This document shows, one piece after another, positions 26,135 to 34,069 of a DNA stretch of 64,000 bases. Source of the stretch: Candidatus Aegiribacteria sp. (GTDB lineage: Bacteria; Planctomycetota; Phycisphaerae; Sedimentisphaerales; Anaerobacaceae). Where the stretch lies: contig JAIVYN010000001.1 of NCBI GenBank assembly GCA_048635425.1, forward strand, positions 2,532-66,531, written 5' to 3'. The translations under genes were made by a program, and so were the position numbers. Under the pieces are notes generated by a model. It searched no databases and was not told the origin of the DNA. It saw only the letters and a program-made list of their open reading frames with translations. The number at the start of each line of letters is the position of its first letter. Position 1 is the stretch's first letter.

Positions 26135-27664
26135 CTAATTGTGCCAACCCAAGAGTTCGGGATTAATCGGCAGCTTTATGTCGTCCTTCGTACCAATTTT
26201 ACCGTCCGGCCCGGGGCTTAATATCAATCTTTTTTCGATATCAATAATATACTCATCGCTAAAATCGCGGGCTTTTAAGCTCACCTCTTCGCCGAGCCTT
26301 TTATTCAAAACGACCTGGAGCATATCCGAATGTATTTGCAGCTTCTTTTTAATGACAAATATTTTTTCAAGGGCAGGTCTGAATATTCCAACCAGCAAAA
26401 TTCCGGATGGATTATATACCTCATAATACCATGGGAATTTACCTTGGTTATCAGTTTTAACGGGTAGATTGGGATAAAAAGCAGGCCAGACCCTCATTTC
26501 TTTTGGCGGAGTTTGATTTTCTTCATCGGCGATCCATTTATCAATGATATTTCTGTACAGCCTTAATGAAGAATTCAATTTCAGGGGGGAAAAATATGGA
26601 TTTCTACGAACTGTTTTGTTTGAAGCGTTTATTGTTTCATTTTTAAGGATAAGATACTCGAACATCAGCGAATTTCGAAGTGAGGTATGCTCGTTTGAAA
26701 GAGGGGTTATACGCTGTTTTAAGGCCAAGAGAGATTCGGTCGGTGTTTCAGGATTGTTTATGATAAAGTTTGCGATATTAATATCAATAACAAAACAGGA
26801 AATACATAGAAACTTTATAATTATAGAATGGGCATTTAAATTCATCTTCCTGAATAATGAATCCAATCTAATCAATTCGTTGATTGCTATTTCGTGGTTT
26901 CCTTTGCAGCTTTGCAGGCAAATATATGACTGATATAGAAAGACGAGGTGTCTTATGTTTGCTAAATAGGGAATATCAATTTTCAACTTTGGTTTAGTCA
27001 GGTCCGCAATTTCAGGAAATGAGTCGAGTTTGGTGAAAACATCTCTTCCTTTTCGGGCTTTTTCCCAAAGTAAAAGAATATCTTTTTCGTTTTCCTGGAG
27101 TTGCTGTGATATATTTTGGAGGTCATCTTGCGTAAAAATATTATGAATTTCATCGTTCTTTGTGATGTCTTTGGTTGAAAACCCTATGGCATATCCAGAG
27201 TTATGGAATTTCTTATCAGACAGATTATTTAGCAGGACAAAAGTCTGATTGTATTGTCCTGCGGCAGATTTAAGGTCGTTGATTGTATAATCGTCGGGAA
27301 TCGGAGCGGCGTCAATGCACAAATAAGTTGAAATGACTGCAAAAAAGGATCCGAGAATAAGGACCACGATCGTGATGACGTTTATGATTCGGATTTTCTT
27401 TTTTTTATTATTTTTCCGAAGGACCTCTGGGATAGCTGCAATTACAAAACACAGGGCAAATATAGCCGCGAAGAAAGCCGAAACCGGTTTTAGAAAAAGG
27501 ACGAGAGTGCCGGACAAGACGATTAGTGCAAAGGAAACAACTTGAAATAATTTTTTGTAATTATGTTCTGATTGTTTGGTATCAGAGCTTGCTAAAGCAA
27601 AACTGCAAGAGTGGCATAATAGGGCATCATCGGGATTTTCGTTTCCACATTTTGGGCATTGCAT
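26135..27664 (-). CDS. Zinc-ribbon membrane protein with a large extracytoplasmic helical domain (unknown function)
   Basis: 509 aa. N-terminal MQCPKCGNENPDDALLCHSCSF (CxxC...CxxC). About three TM helices. C-terminal ...SPGPDGKIGTKDDIKL. Its ATG directly abuts the mrdA stop (TAA 27665-27667, ATG 27664-27662). It is AT-rich. Confidence 0.6.
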   Translation of the reverse strand: MQCPKCGNENPDDALLCHSCSFALASSDTKQSEHNYKKLFQVVSFALIVLSGTLVLFLKPVSAFFAAIFALCFVIAAIPEVLRKNNKKKKIRIINVITIVVLILGSFFAVISTYLCIDAAPIPDDYTINDLKSAAGQYNQTFVLLNNLSDKKFHNSGYAIGFSTKDITKNDEIHNIFTQDDLQNISQQLQENEKDILLLWEKARKGRDVFTKLDSFPEIADLTKPKLKIDIPYLANIRHLVFLYQSYICLQSCKGNHEIAINELIRLDSLFRKMNLNAHSIIIKFLCISCFVIDINIANFIINNPETPTESLLALKQRITPLSNEHTSLRNSLMFEYLILKNETINASNKTVRRNPYFSPLKLNSSLRLYRNIIDKWIADEENQTPPKEMRVWPAFYPNLPVKTDNQGKFPWYYEVYNPSGILLVGIFRPALEKIFVIKKKLQIHSDMLQVVLNKRLGEEVSLKARDFSDEYIIDIEKRLILSPGPDGKIGTKDDIKLPINPELLGWHN

Positions 27665-29806
27665 TTACATTCCCTCTGTGGTTAGAGCTTTGCCTACATA
27701 TCCGGCGTCGATGCAGAACTGGATGATGTCGCGGGCTAAAGGAGCGGCGTCGCTTGAGCCGTGCTGGCCGCCTTCGACGACGACGGCGATTGCGATACTC
27801 CGGTTTGACCCGTCAGTTGCAAAGCCTCCGAACCAGGCGGTCTCCGGGGCTTGCGTTGAGCCGGTTTTGCCGTAAACCTTTAGGTCCTGCTCGGCAAGAC
27901 TTGTAAGAATCGGTTGGAATGTAGTGTAAGCTGTTCCACCGGTCTCATTAACCACAGCGCTCATGCCATCATAAACTACTTTTAAAGTCTGTAGTGAAAT
28001 ACCAAGGTCGATGGTATCAAATCCGGGATTATTTGGCTCATCCATAAACAGGCGGGGTGGTCTATACGCACCGCCTCGGGCGATAGCGGCCATTGCATTT
28101 GCTACCTGTAAAGGCGTAACTCGCAGATTGCCCTGGCCTATGCCGAACCATCTTCTTTCGCTGTCACTAAGCGGTGGCACTTGCTCAAAATTTGAGATTG
28201 GGCCCTTTGGGATAGTGTTTGAGATTACGCCTGATAATTGCCGGAGGTTCCTGCTGAGTTCGGTTTCGGCAATAGAAGCCGGCGGAAAAAGTATGTTTCG
28301 GCCGTAGCCGAATTTAAATAGCCATTGCTGAAGGACCAGAGGATCGATTCTATCTGCAAGGTGGGAAAAATAAATATTGCAACTACCTCTGATTGCGTTG
28401 CGAGCGTTGTTTTCCCACCTGCCGTCATGGCCTGCTCTGTATCTATTGTACAGCCAGCAGCTTGGCCAGTTTTTTGGGGCCTTCTGAGCCGGGCAGCCTA
28501 TAACCTCATCAGGTGTGATTTTGCCGGACTCGAGCCCAGCGATAAGAATCAACGGTTTTACAACTGAGCCGGGCGGGTACCACTTATTTATTGCTCGATT
28601 TATTAAAGGCTTGTCCGGGTCGTTAGCGAGGTCGCTGTAGTCATACCTGGCACGGTTCAAATCAAACACCGGTATCGAAACCAATGCGAGAATATCACCT
28701 GTACCAACCTCGATGACAACCGCCGACATTCCGGGTCCGCAACTCGGTTCGTGGTTGTATGTGGTCAGATAGTTTTCTATTCTTTGCTGAAGCTTGATAT
28801 CCAGCGTCAGCGAAACGTCTTTGCCAAACCGGCTCCTGGTTCGACTTATAAGCTGACTGTCTATATCGTAAATGAGCTCCCCTCGTCTGCCGCGAAGGAT
28901 GGTTTCGCAAACATACTCAACTCCATCCTCTCGGCCGCAAATCTCTCCGCGTAAATAGCTCGATAGTTTGTCGTCTTCGAAGAGCCCTTTATCTTCTTCG
29001 TTGTGTGTTACCAGCCCGACCCAGCCTATAGTTTGGGCGGCAGCCGTCCCATACGGGTATGTCCTTCGTGCTTTTGGCAGAATCTGAATATCATCGACAT
29101 TTAAAAACTCCAGTTGAGCGGCAAAGATATCATCATCGGTTTTTAAATCAAGCAGCGGCCAGGGCTTGTACATCTCGGCGATATCAACTTTACTCACAAG
29201 TCGGAATCGCTTTTGGCGGTCTGGTTCCTTTTTCTCAAAATCAGCTATTGCTACATAGACCGGAATGCTGATTCTACTGTCATAGTTTTGAAAAACTTCA
29301 GAATTTGGGAATTTGCGTCGCCAGGCCTGAAACGTGCGATGATTCCAGATTATATCGTTTATTTTCTGTATTTCGTTTTTTATCTCAGTAGGTTCGACTC
29401 CTTTGAATTGAGCACACTTGTTGATTATCTGGTTCAAATCTGTTAGGACGATATCAAGCTCTTTTTGTACATTAGCTACAGCATCTGGATCTTCTTTTTC
29501 GGCGGCGCTTGCTAATCTGCCTTGACGGATGCGGTCGTCCATAAAACACGTGAGCTTGTAATTTATACACAGTTGAAACTGTGGTTCATCAGTGGCTAAT
29601 GCTTTGTCTTTGTTGCCTGTTCTGTCGAGTATTTTGCCTCGGACTGTTTTAAGCTCCTGGGATTGACCTCTTTGGCGTTTTAGCTCCTCGATATCACTTT
29701 GGACCGAAGATGTTGGAAGAAGCTGCATTTGTGTCAGGCGGAGCAAACAGACCAGTAAAAGCAAGGCACTTATGATTACAAAAATTTTGATTCGCTTATC
29801 GTACAT
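27665..29806 (-). CDS. mrdA: Penicillin-binding protein 2 (elongation transpeptidase)
   Basis: 713 aa with an N-terminal TM helix. S-x-x-K (GSVVKP), S-x-N (SCN) and KTG (GKTGST) motifs. It follows mreD. Confidence 0.85.
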   Translation of the reverse strand: MYDKRIKIFVIISALLLLVCLLRLTQMQLLPTSSVQSDIEELKRQRGQSQELKTVRGKILDRTGNKDKALATDEPQFQLCINYKLTCFMDDRIRQGRLASAAEKEDPDAVANVQKELDIVLTDLNQIINKCAQFKGVEPTEIKNEIQKINDIIWNHRTFQAWRRKFPNSEVFQNYDSRISIPVYVAIADFEKKEPDRQKRFRLVSKVDIAEMYKPWPLLDLKTDDDIFAAQLEFLNVDDIQILPKARRTYPYGTAAAQTIGWVGLVTHNEEDKGLFEDDKLSSYLRGEICGREDGVEYVCETILRGRRGELIYDIDSQLISRTRSRFGKDVSLTLDIKLQQRIENYLTTYNHEPSCGPGMSAVVIEVGTGDILALVSIPVFDLNRARYDYSDLANDPDKPLINRAINKWYPPGSVVKPLILIAGLESGKITPDEVIGCPAQKAPKNWPSCWLYNRYRAGHDGRWENNARNAIRGSCNIYFSHLADRIDPLVLQQWLFKFGYGRNILFPPASIAETELSRNLRQLSGVISNTIPKGPISNFEQVPPLSDSERRWFGIGQGNLRVTPLQVANAMAAIARGGAYRPPRLFMDEPNNPGFDTIDLGISLQTLKVVYDGMSAVVNETGGTAYTTFQPILTSLAEQDLKVYGKTGSTQAPETAWFGGFATDGSNRSIAIAVVVEGGQHGSSDAAPLARDIIQFCIDAGYVGKALTTEGM

Positions 29807-29867
29807 TATATTCTGTCTTTAGTGATACGTGCTTCAATTCGTAATTCGGCATTTTCGGGGTGAGGGT

Positions 29868-30350
29868 TTAACGTCGGCTGAAGCGATGTATCTTTATACG
29901 CATCCACCAGGCTGACGGCAAAAATAAAAACGGTCCCACCAGGGCCGAGTACAGAGCTATCCCGAAAAGAGCGGCGTATATTTTTGGTGGTGTCGGCTCA
30001 CCCTTTAGAAAATTTAAGAAATAGACCAGCGAGCCGGCCAAAAGGGCTGTGATGAATATCGCAAGGAATTGATAAGTCATTTTTCTAATAGCAATAACCC
30101 CGTGAAGGTAGGCCAGGGCCGTGCCGAGAACACCAAAGCTAATCATTTGCGGGCCCATCGTGCGACCAATAAGGTCCGCAGCGAAACCTATTGTGAAGGA
30201 AGTTATGATGGCCTCCGAGGTATTGCAGTAGACAGCAAAGAATACCAAAAGTATTAACAACAAATCAGGCTTGACATTCAAATCTGCAAAAAAGCTGGCC
30301 TGCAGTAAGGTAGCAAGAAGAATTAAAACTGCAAACCGGAACCATCGCAT
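29868..30350 (-). CDS. mreD: Rod shape-determining protein MreD
   Basis: 160-aa polytopic membrane protein (PDLLLILLVFFAV...) in the canonical position after mreC. Confidence 0.75.
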   Translation of the reverse strand: MRWFRFAVLILLATLLQASFFADLNVKPDLLLILLVFFAVYCNTSEAIITSFTIGFAADLIGRTMGPQMISFGVLGTALAYLHGVIAIRKMTYQFLAIFITALLAGSLVYFLNFLKGEPTPPKIYAALFGIALYSALVGPFLFLPSAWWMRIKIHRFSRR

Positions 30351-30427
30351 TTATATATCCTCGGCCGTTTACATCTTAAAATCTATCGCAGAAGAACGCT
30401 ACAGCGTAACTTAATAACAATTCAACC

Positions 30428-30625
30428 AAGGTGCCTAAAATATGCATATCAGCAAATCAGGAAATCAGGGTGCAGTCCACAGGACACCTTACGGTGGATA
30501 TCAGGGAATCCGGATACCAGCAAAAAAACAAATTTAACCTGATATCCTGGTAACCTGACAACCACTACCTGATGTCCTGATAACCGGATAACCACGCTGA
30601 CTTTAGCTCACTTTAGGCACTTTAG
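30428..30625. repeat. Large imperfect palindrome built from 8-10-nt words (copy 2, inverted on the + strand)
   Basis: The reverse complement of 30531-30625 matches 23367-23450 with 6 mismatches in 84 nt by hand alignment. The centre is A7 at 30523-30529. The terminal word overlaps the mreC stop codon. Confidence 0.75.
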
Positions 30626-31416
30626 CGCACCTCTGACGGATTCATCACGATTACGGCTACGTTCTCTGCCTTTTGTATGTTACAAACCGGTTCGACCATT
30701 ATGTCCCAAACCAAAGGTTGGACATTGTGTTCACATCGAAACACTTTTCCGATAATAATAGGTGTATCCAGGAACCCAGGTCTTTTACTGGCCATAATCT
30801 CAGTGTCGATTTTGACTTTGTGCTTTATCATTTCTACCTTGGCTAAGTTGTTGCCATTGCCTTGCATGAGCCAATCTGAGCCGCCAATTCTTACGGCTGT
30901 GCTGGATTTTGGGTCGGTAAACAGCCTAACCTTGGCGGTGCGGGCATCCACATCAGATATGGTTCCGATGACACTGTTGTCGGCCAGAACGAATTGGCCC
31001 TTAGCCAGGCCGTCATCCCGGCCGCGGTTGATGATAAGCTCGCTGCGCAGCTCGTTGATAGAGACAGTAATCACATCAGCCGGCACAAAGCCCATTCGTT
31101 CCCAGCCGGGTATGTTGCGCATTTTTGAGAGCTTTTGTACATTTTGCTGCGCATCATTACGCTGCTGCGTAACGTTGGCAAGATGGTTTAGTAGTCTTTC
31201 GTATTCATCTCGACTGACCACATCTCCAAGTTGCTGGCGTGTACCGGCCGAAAGTGAAATGTTTCTGCCAATGCTTAAGGGCCAGTTGAAAATGCGGTGA
31301 AAAGCAAACTGGAATTTATTCGTCAGATTTTTCGGAGAGAAAAGGAAAATGAACCCGGCTAACGTGAACCAGGTAAACAACATTCGTCTGGAGACTCTAA
31401 TTTGCTTCCTTGCCAT
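30622..31416 (-). CDS. mreC: Rod shape-determining protein MreC
   Basis: 264 aa with an N-terminal TM helix, a coiled coil, then beta-rich domains. It lies between mreB and mreD. Confidence 0.75.
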   Translation of the reverse strand: MARKQIRVSRRMLFTWFTLAGFIFLFSPKNLTNKFQFAFHRIFNWPLSIGRNISLSAGTRQQLGDVVSRDEYERLLNHLANVTQQRNDAQQNVQKLSKMRNIPGWERMGFVPADVITVSINELRSELIINRGRDDGLAKGQFVLADNSVIGTISDVDARTAKVRLFTDPKSSTAVRIGGSDWLMQGNGNNLAKVEMIKHKVKIDTEIMASKRPGFLDTPIIIGKVFRCEHNVQPLVWDIMVEPVCNIQKAENVAVIVMNPSEVR

Positions 31417-31419
31417 TAT

Positions 31420-31496
31420 CGTATTGCGTGTTGCGTATTTCGTATTTCGTATTGCGTATTACGCACGACGCATCAAACACGACGCACTACGAATCA
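31420..31496. repeat. Heptamer tandem tract, CGTATTK family (11 units) spanning the whole mreB-mreC spacer
   Basis: CGTATTG CGTGTTG CGTATTT CGTATTT CGTATTG CGTATTA CGCACGA CGCATCA AACACGA CGCACTA CGAATCA. It runs from the mreC start region into the mreB stop. Confidence 0.8.
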
Positions 31497-32549
31497 TTCC
31501 CATCCGTATTCGTTATGGTCCATCGTATCCTTCCACAACTCCAGATTTTCAAGATAGACACTGGTACCGCGAGCTACGCAGCTTAGCGGGTCCTCCACTA
31601 TTTCGACCTTCAGGCCGGTTGCATTTGCCAGGACCGTATCCATTCCACGAAGCAGTGAGCCGCCGCCGCAAATGTGTACGCCGTTGTCGATGAGGTCGGC
31701 GGCCAATTCCGGCTCGGCCTTTTCCAGCGTTGTGGTGACCGTATCTATAATGGTAGCGATGGGGTCGCGGAGTGACTCTCTGATTTCCTCACTGGTAATA
31801 ACGATTTTTCTGGGCAGACCGGAGATGGTGTCTCTGCCGGCCACTTCCATCGTCAATTCCTCTTCCAGCGGAGCGGCGGAGCCGATTTGTATCTTTACTT
31901 TTTCAGCCCTTGCCTCGCCGATGAGCAGGTTGTAAGTTTTCTTAAGATGATTGATTACCGCTTCATCCATATCGTCGCCCCCGATTCGAATTGATTCGGA
32001 GGTGGCGATATCGGCCAGACTCATTATGGCCACTTCGGTCGTTCCTCCTCCGATATCCACAATCAACGAAGCGGTGGGGTCTGTAATTGGCAGTCCGGCT
32101 CCGATTCCTGCGGCCATCGGTTCATCGACAAGAAAGACTTTGCGGGCACCTGCACGTTCGGCACTATCTATCACTGCCCGGCGTTCAACAGCAGTTATTC
32201 CGCTTGGTACCGCGATTACGACTCGCGGCCTGACAAGACCGCCCCTGCCGTGCACCTTCCTGATAAAATAGCCTAACATCGCTTCGGTGATTTCGAAGTC
32301 ACTGATTACGCCGTCTTTCAGAGGTCTTATTGCGCTAATCGAGCCTGGCGTTTTGCCTAACATTTCACGGGCAACCAGGCCGACAGCTTCGCCATTATTC
32401 AGGACAATGTTGGTTCCTTTGCGGACGGCAACTACGGAGGGCTCATTGAGGACAATACCTTTATCCCTGACACAAACCAGGGTAGTGCAGGTACCAAGGT
32501 CGATACCCATATCCATACTGAACCAACCTAAGATTGTGTCCAGCACCAC
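31494..32549 (-). CDS. mreB: Actin-like rod shape-determining protein MreB
   Basis: 351 aa with GIDLGTCTTLV, DIGGGTTEVA and CGGGSLLRG motifs. GTG start with AAGGAG 6 nt upstream. Confidence 0.9.
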   Translation of the reverse strand: MVLDTILGWFSMDMGIDLGTCTTLVCVRDKGIVLNEPSVVAVRKGTNIVLNNGEAVGLVAREMLGKTPGSISAIRPLKDGVISDFEITEAMLGYFIRKVHGRGGLVRPRVVIAVPSGITAVERRAVIDSAERAGARKVFLVDEPMAAGIGAGLPITDPTASLIVDIGGGTTEVAIMSLADIATSESIRIGGDDMDEAVINHLKKTYNLLIGEARAEKVKIQIGSAAPLEEELTMEVAGRDTISGLPRKIVITSEEIRESLRDPIATIIDTVTTTLEKAEPELAADLIDNGVHICGGGSLLRGMDTVLANATGLKVEIVEDPLSCVARGTSVYLENLELWKDTMDHNEYGWE

Positions 32550-32589
32550 TTTCGACTCCTTTCTTAATTTCCAATTTAGAGACTTACAG

Positions 32590-32613
32590 AGGGACCCCGC
32601 AAGGCGGGAACCC
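32590..32613 (-). other. Conserved 24-nt stem-loop motif in the mreB leader (copy 1)
   Basis: Transcribed strand: GGGUUCCCGC-CUU-GCGGGGUCCCU. A second copy at 45991-46014 carries a compensatory base-pair change. Confidence 0.4.
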
Positions 32614-32638
32614 GAACCGCAATTTCTAACTGGCTATC

Positions 32639-32666
32639 TTTATATACTAAAGAGCGGTATTGTCAA
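32639..32666 (-). promoter_or_regulatory. Candidate mreB promoter
   Basis: On the minus strand: TTGACA (32666-32661), 16-nt spacer, TATAAA (32644-32639). This lies about 90 nt upstream of the mreB start. Confidence 0.45.
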
Positions 32667-32678
32667 TAGTGAAATTTA

Positions 32679-32828
32679 CTATGGTATTTCGAATAACACA
32701 CCATACTGTGTATAGCACTGGTAAGCGACAAACGCTGCAGTAGCCAGAACTGCACAAAACGCCAAAGCAAGAATAATCGTATAGAGGTTATCCGGTACTG
32801 TTACCTTTTTGCCGCGAGCCTGCCCATT
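32679..32828 (-). CDS. Candidate 49-aa single-pass membrane protein
   Basis: Hand translation: MGRARGKKVTVPDNLYTIILALAFCAVLATAAFVAYQCYTQYGVLFEIP-stop. Basic N-terminus plus one TM helix. The SD is weak and the ORF is below the track cutoff. Confidence 0.3.
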   Translation of the reverse strand, partial: NGQARGKKVTVPDNLYTIILALAFCAVLATAAFVAYQCYTQYGVLFEIP

Positions 32829-32877
32829 AGGACTCATATATCAACCTCACATAGTATAAACACATCTTTTGGTTTTT

Positions 32878-33756
32878 CTACAAATTAGTACTGGCGTTAT
32901 CGCCGGCTTTCGGCTGTTCCTTTGTAACGTCCATAAGCTCCAGGGTGCCGATTGCTTTTTCAGGCTCAACGTCTAAAATCACAATGTCACAAATAAACTT
33001 ATCGGCGCGAGTTACGTGGAATGTCATATTTTGCTTGACACCGTTTGCTGCGCCGATGGATATCTCAGCTAAAGAATTTCCCAGGTCCACCGCGGTTATC
33101 AATCCATTCAAGCTGATATCTACTGTTGGGGGGGCTACCTGAGCTTTCTCTTTTGTCGGTGTAACCGGTTCGGGAGCGGCAACAGCTTTGCCGGCTTGTT
33201 GTAGGAGCTGGTTTAACCTGTTTTGCAAGTCTGTTTTTTCTTCGAGTAGTTGTTTCGATTGTTTGTCCAGGTCGTCAATTATTGCCATTTTCTCGATAAG
33301 AGCGGCTGTGGTTTCTTTGAGTTCTTTGTCTGACTGAATTTGGTCAAGCTGGATTTTCTTTAGCTCAGCGAGGGTATCTTTTAATAGCTGCCTTTGCTTC
33401 TCATTGGTGTCTAAAAAGCTTCCGGTTGCGGCCGTCCATTTATCCGCGTCATTAAACCAAGCCGCTTTTTGTTTTTCAGCCTCGGTGAGTTTTTTGTCTA
33501 ATTGCCCGACCTGGGTTTTAAGGGCGCTAATATCACTTTTTAGCTTCCGTTCCTCCTCGGCGGCATCCTCAATTGTTTTATTTTTATCTTTTACGGCTTG
33601 TTCCTTATTCTGCTCTGCAGCATCTTTTAGCCTCCTTTCGTCAAGATATTTTTTTCTGTAGTTTTCAGCATTGGCGACATAAGTCACGACAATACCGCAG
33701 AGAAAAATCGAGGATATCGTCAGCAGAACTATTAAGATCTTTGTAAGCGTGCTCAA
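32878..33756 (-). CDS. Membrane-anchored coiled-coil protein (unknown function) upstream of mreB
   Basis: 292 aa. N-terminal TM helix (ILIVLLTISSIFLCGIVV), about 170 aa of heptad-rich K/E/Q sequence, and a C-terminal beta-rich domain. Confidence 0.5.
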   Translation of the reverse strand: MSTLTKILIVLLTISSIFLCGIVVTYVANAENYRKKYLDERRLKDAAEQNKEQAVKDKNKTIEDAAEEERKLKSDISALKTQVGQLDKKLTEAEKQKAAWFNDADKWTAATGSFLDTNEKQRQLLKDTLAELKKIQLDQIQSDKELKETTAALIEKMAIIDDLDKQSKQLLEEKTDLQNRLNQLLQQAGKAVAAPEPVTPTKEKAQVAPPTVDISLNGLITAVDLGNSLAEISIGAANGVKQNMTFHVTRADKFICDIVILDVEPEKAIGTLELMDVTKEQPKAGDNASTNL

Positions 33757-34069
33757 AACATGCTCCTTTCGTTAACTTTGTGTTTTCTTTTCAATACACC
33801 CATTACCCCACGAGAGGGCATCATAAACGCGATAAAAGGGTTTGCAGAACCTCCATTTTGCCCGTCACCAATTATTTGTGAGCCTGAACTCAATTAGTAT
33901 AGACTGGCAAAATGCGGCCTCCAGCCCGGATATTATATGTATATACTACAATTTTACGCTTAAAGCTCGGAAAGGTCAAGTTATTTTTGGCAAATACCCC
34001 AAATTAAAATGGACGATGAAAAATGGACGGTGCTTAATCCGATAACATAGGATTTTCAGGGGGCAATTG

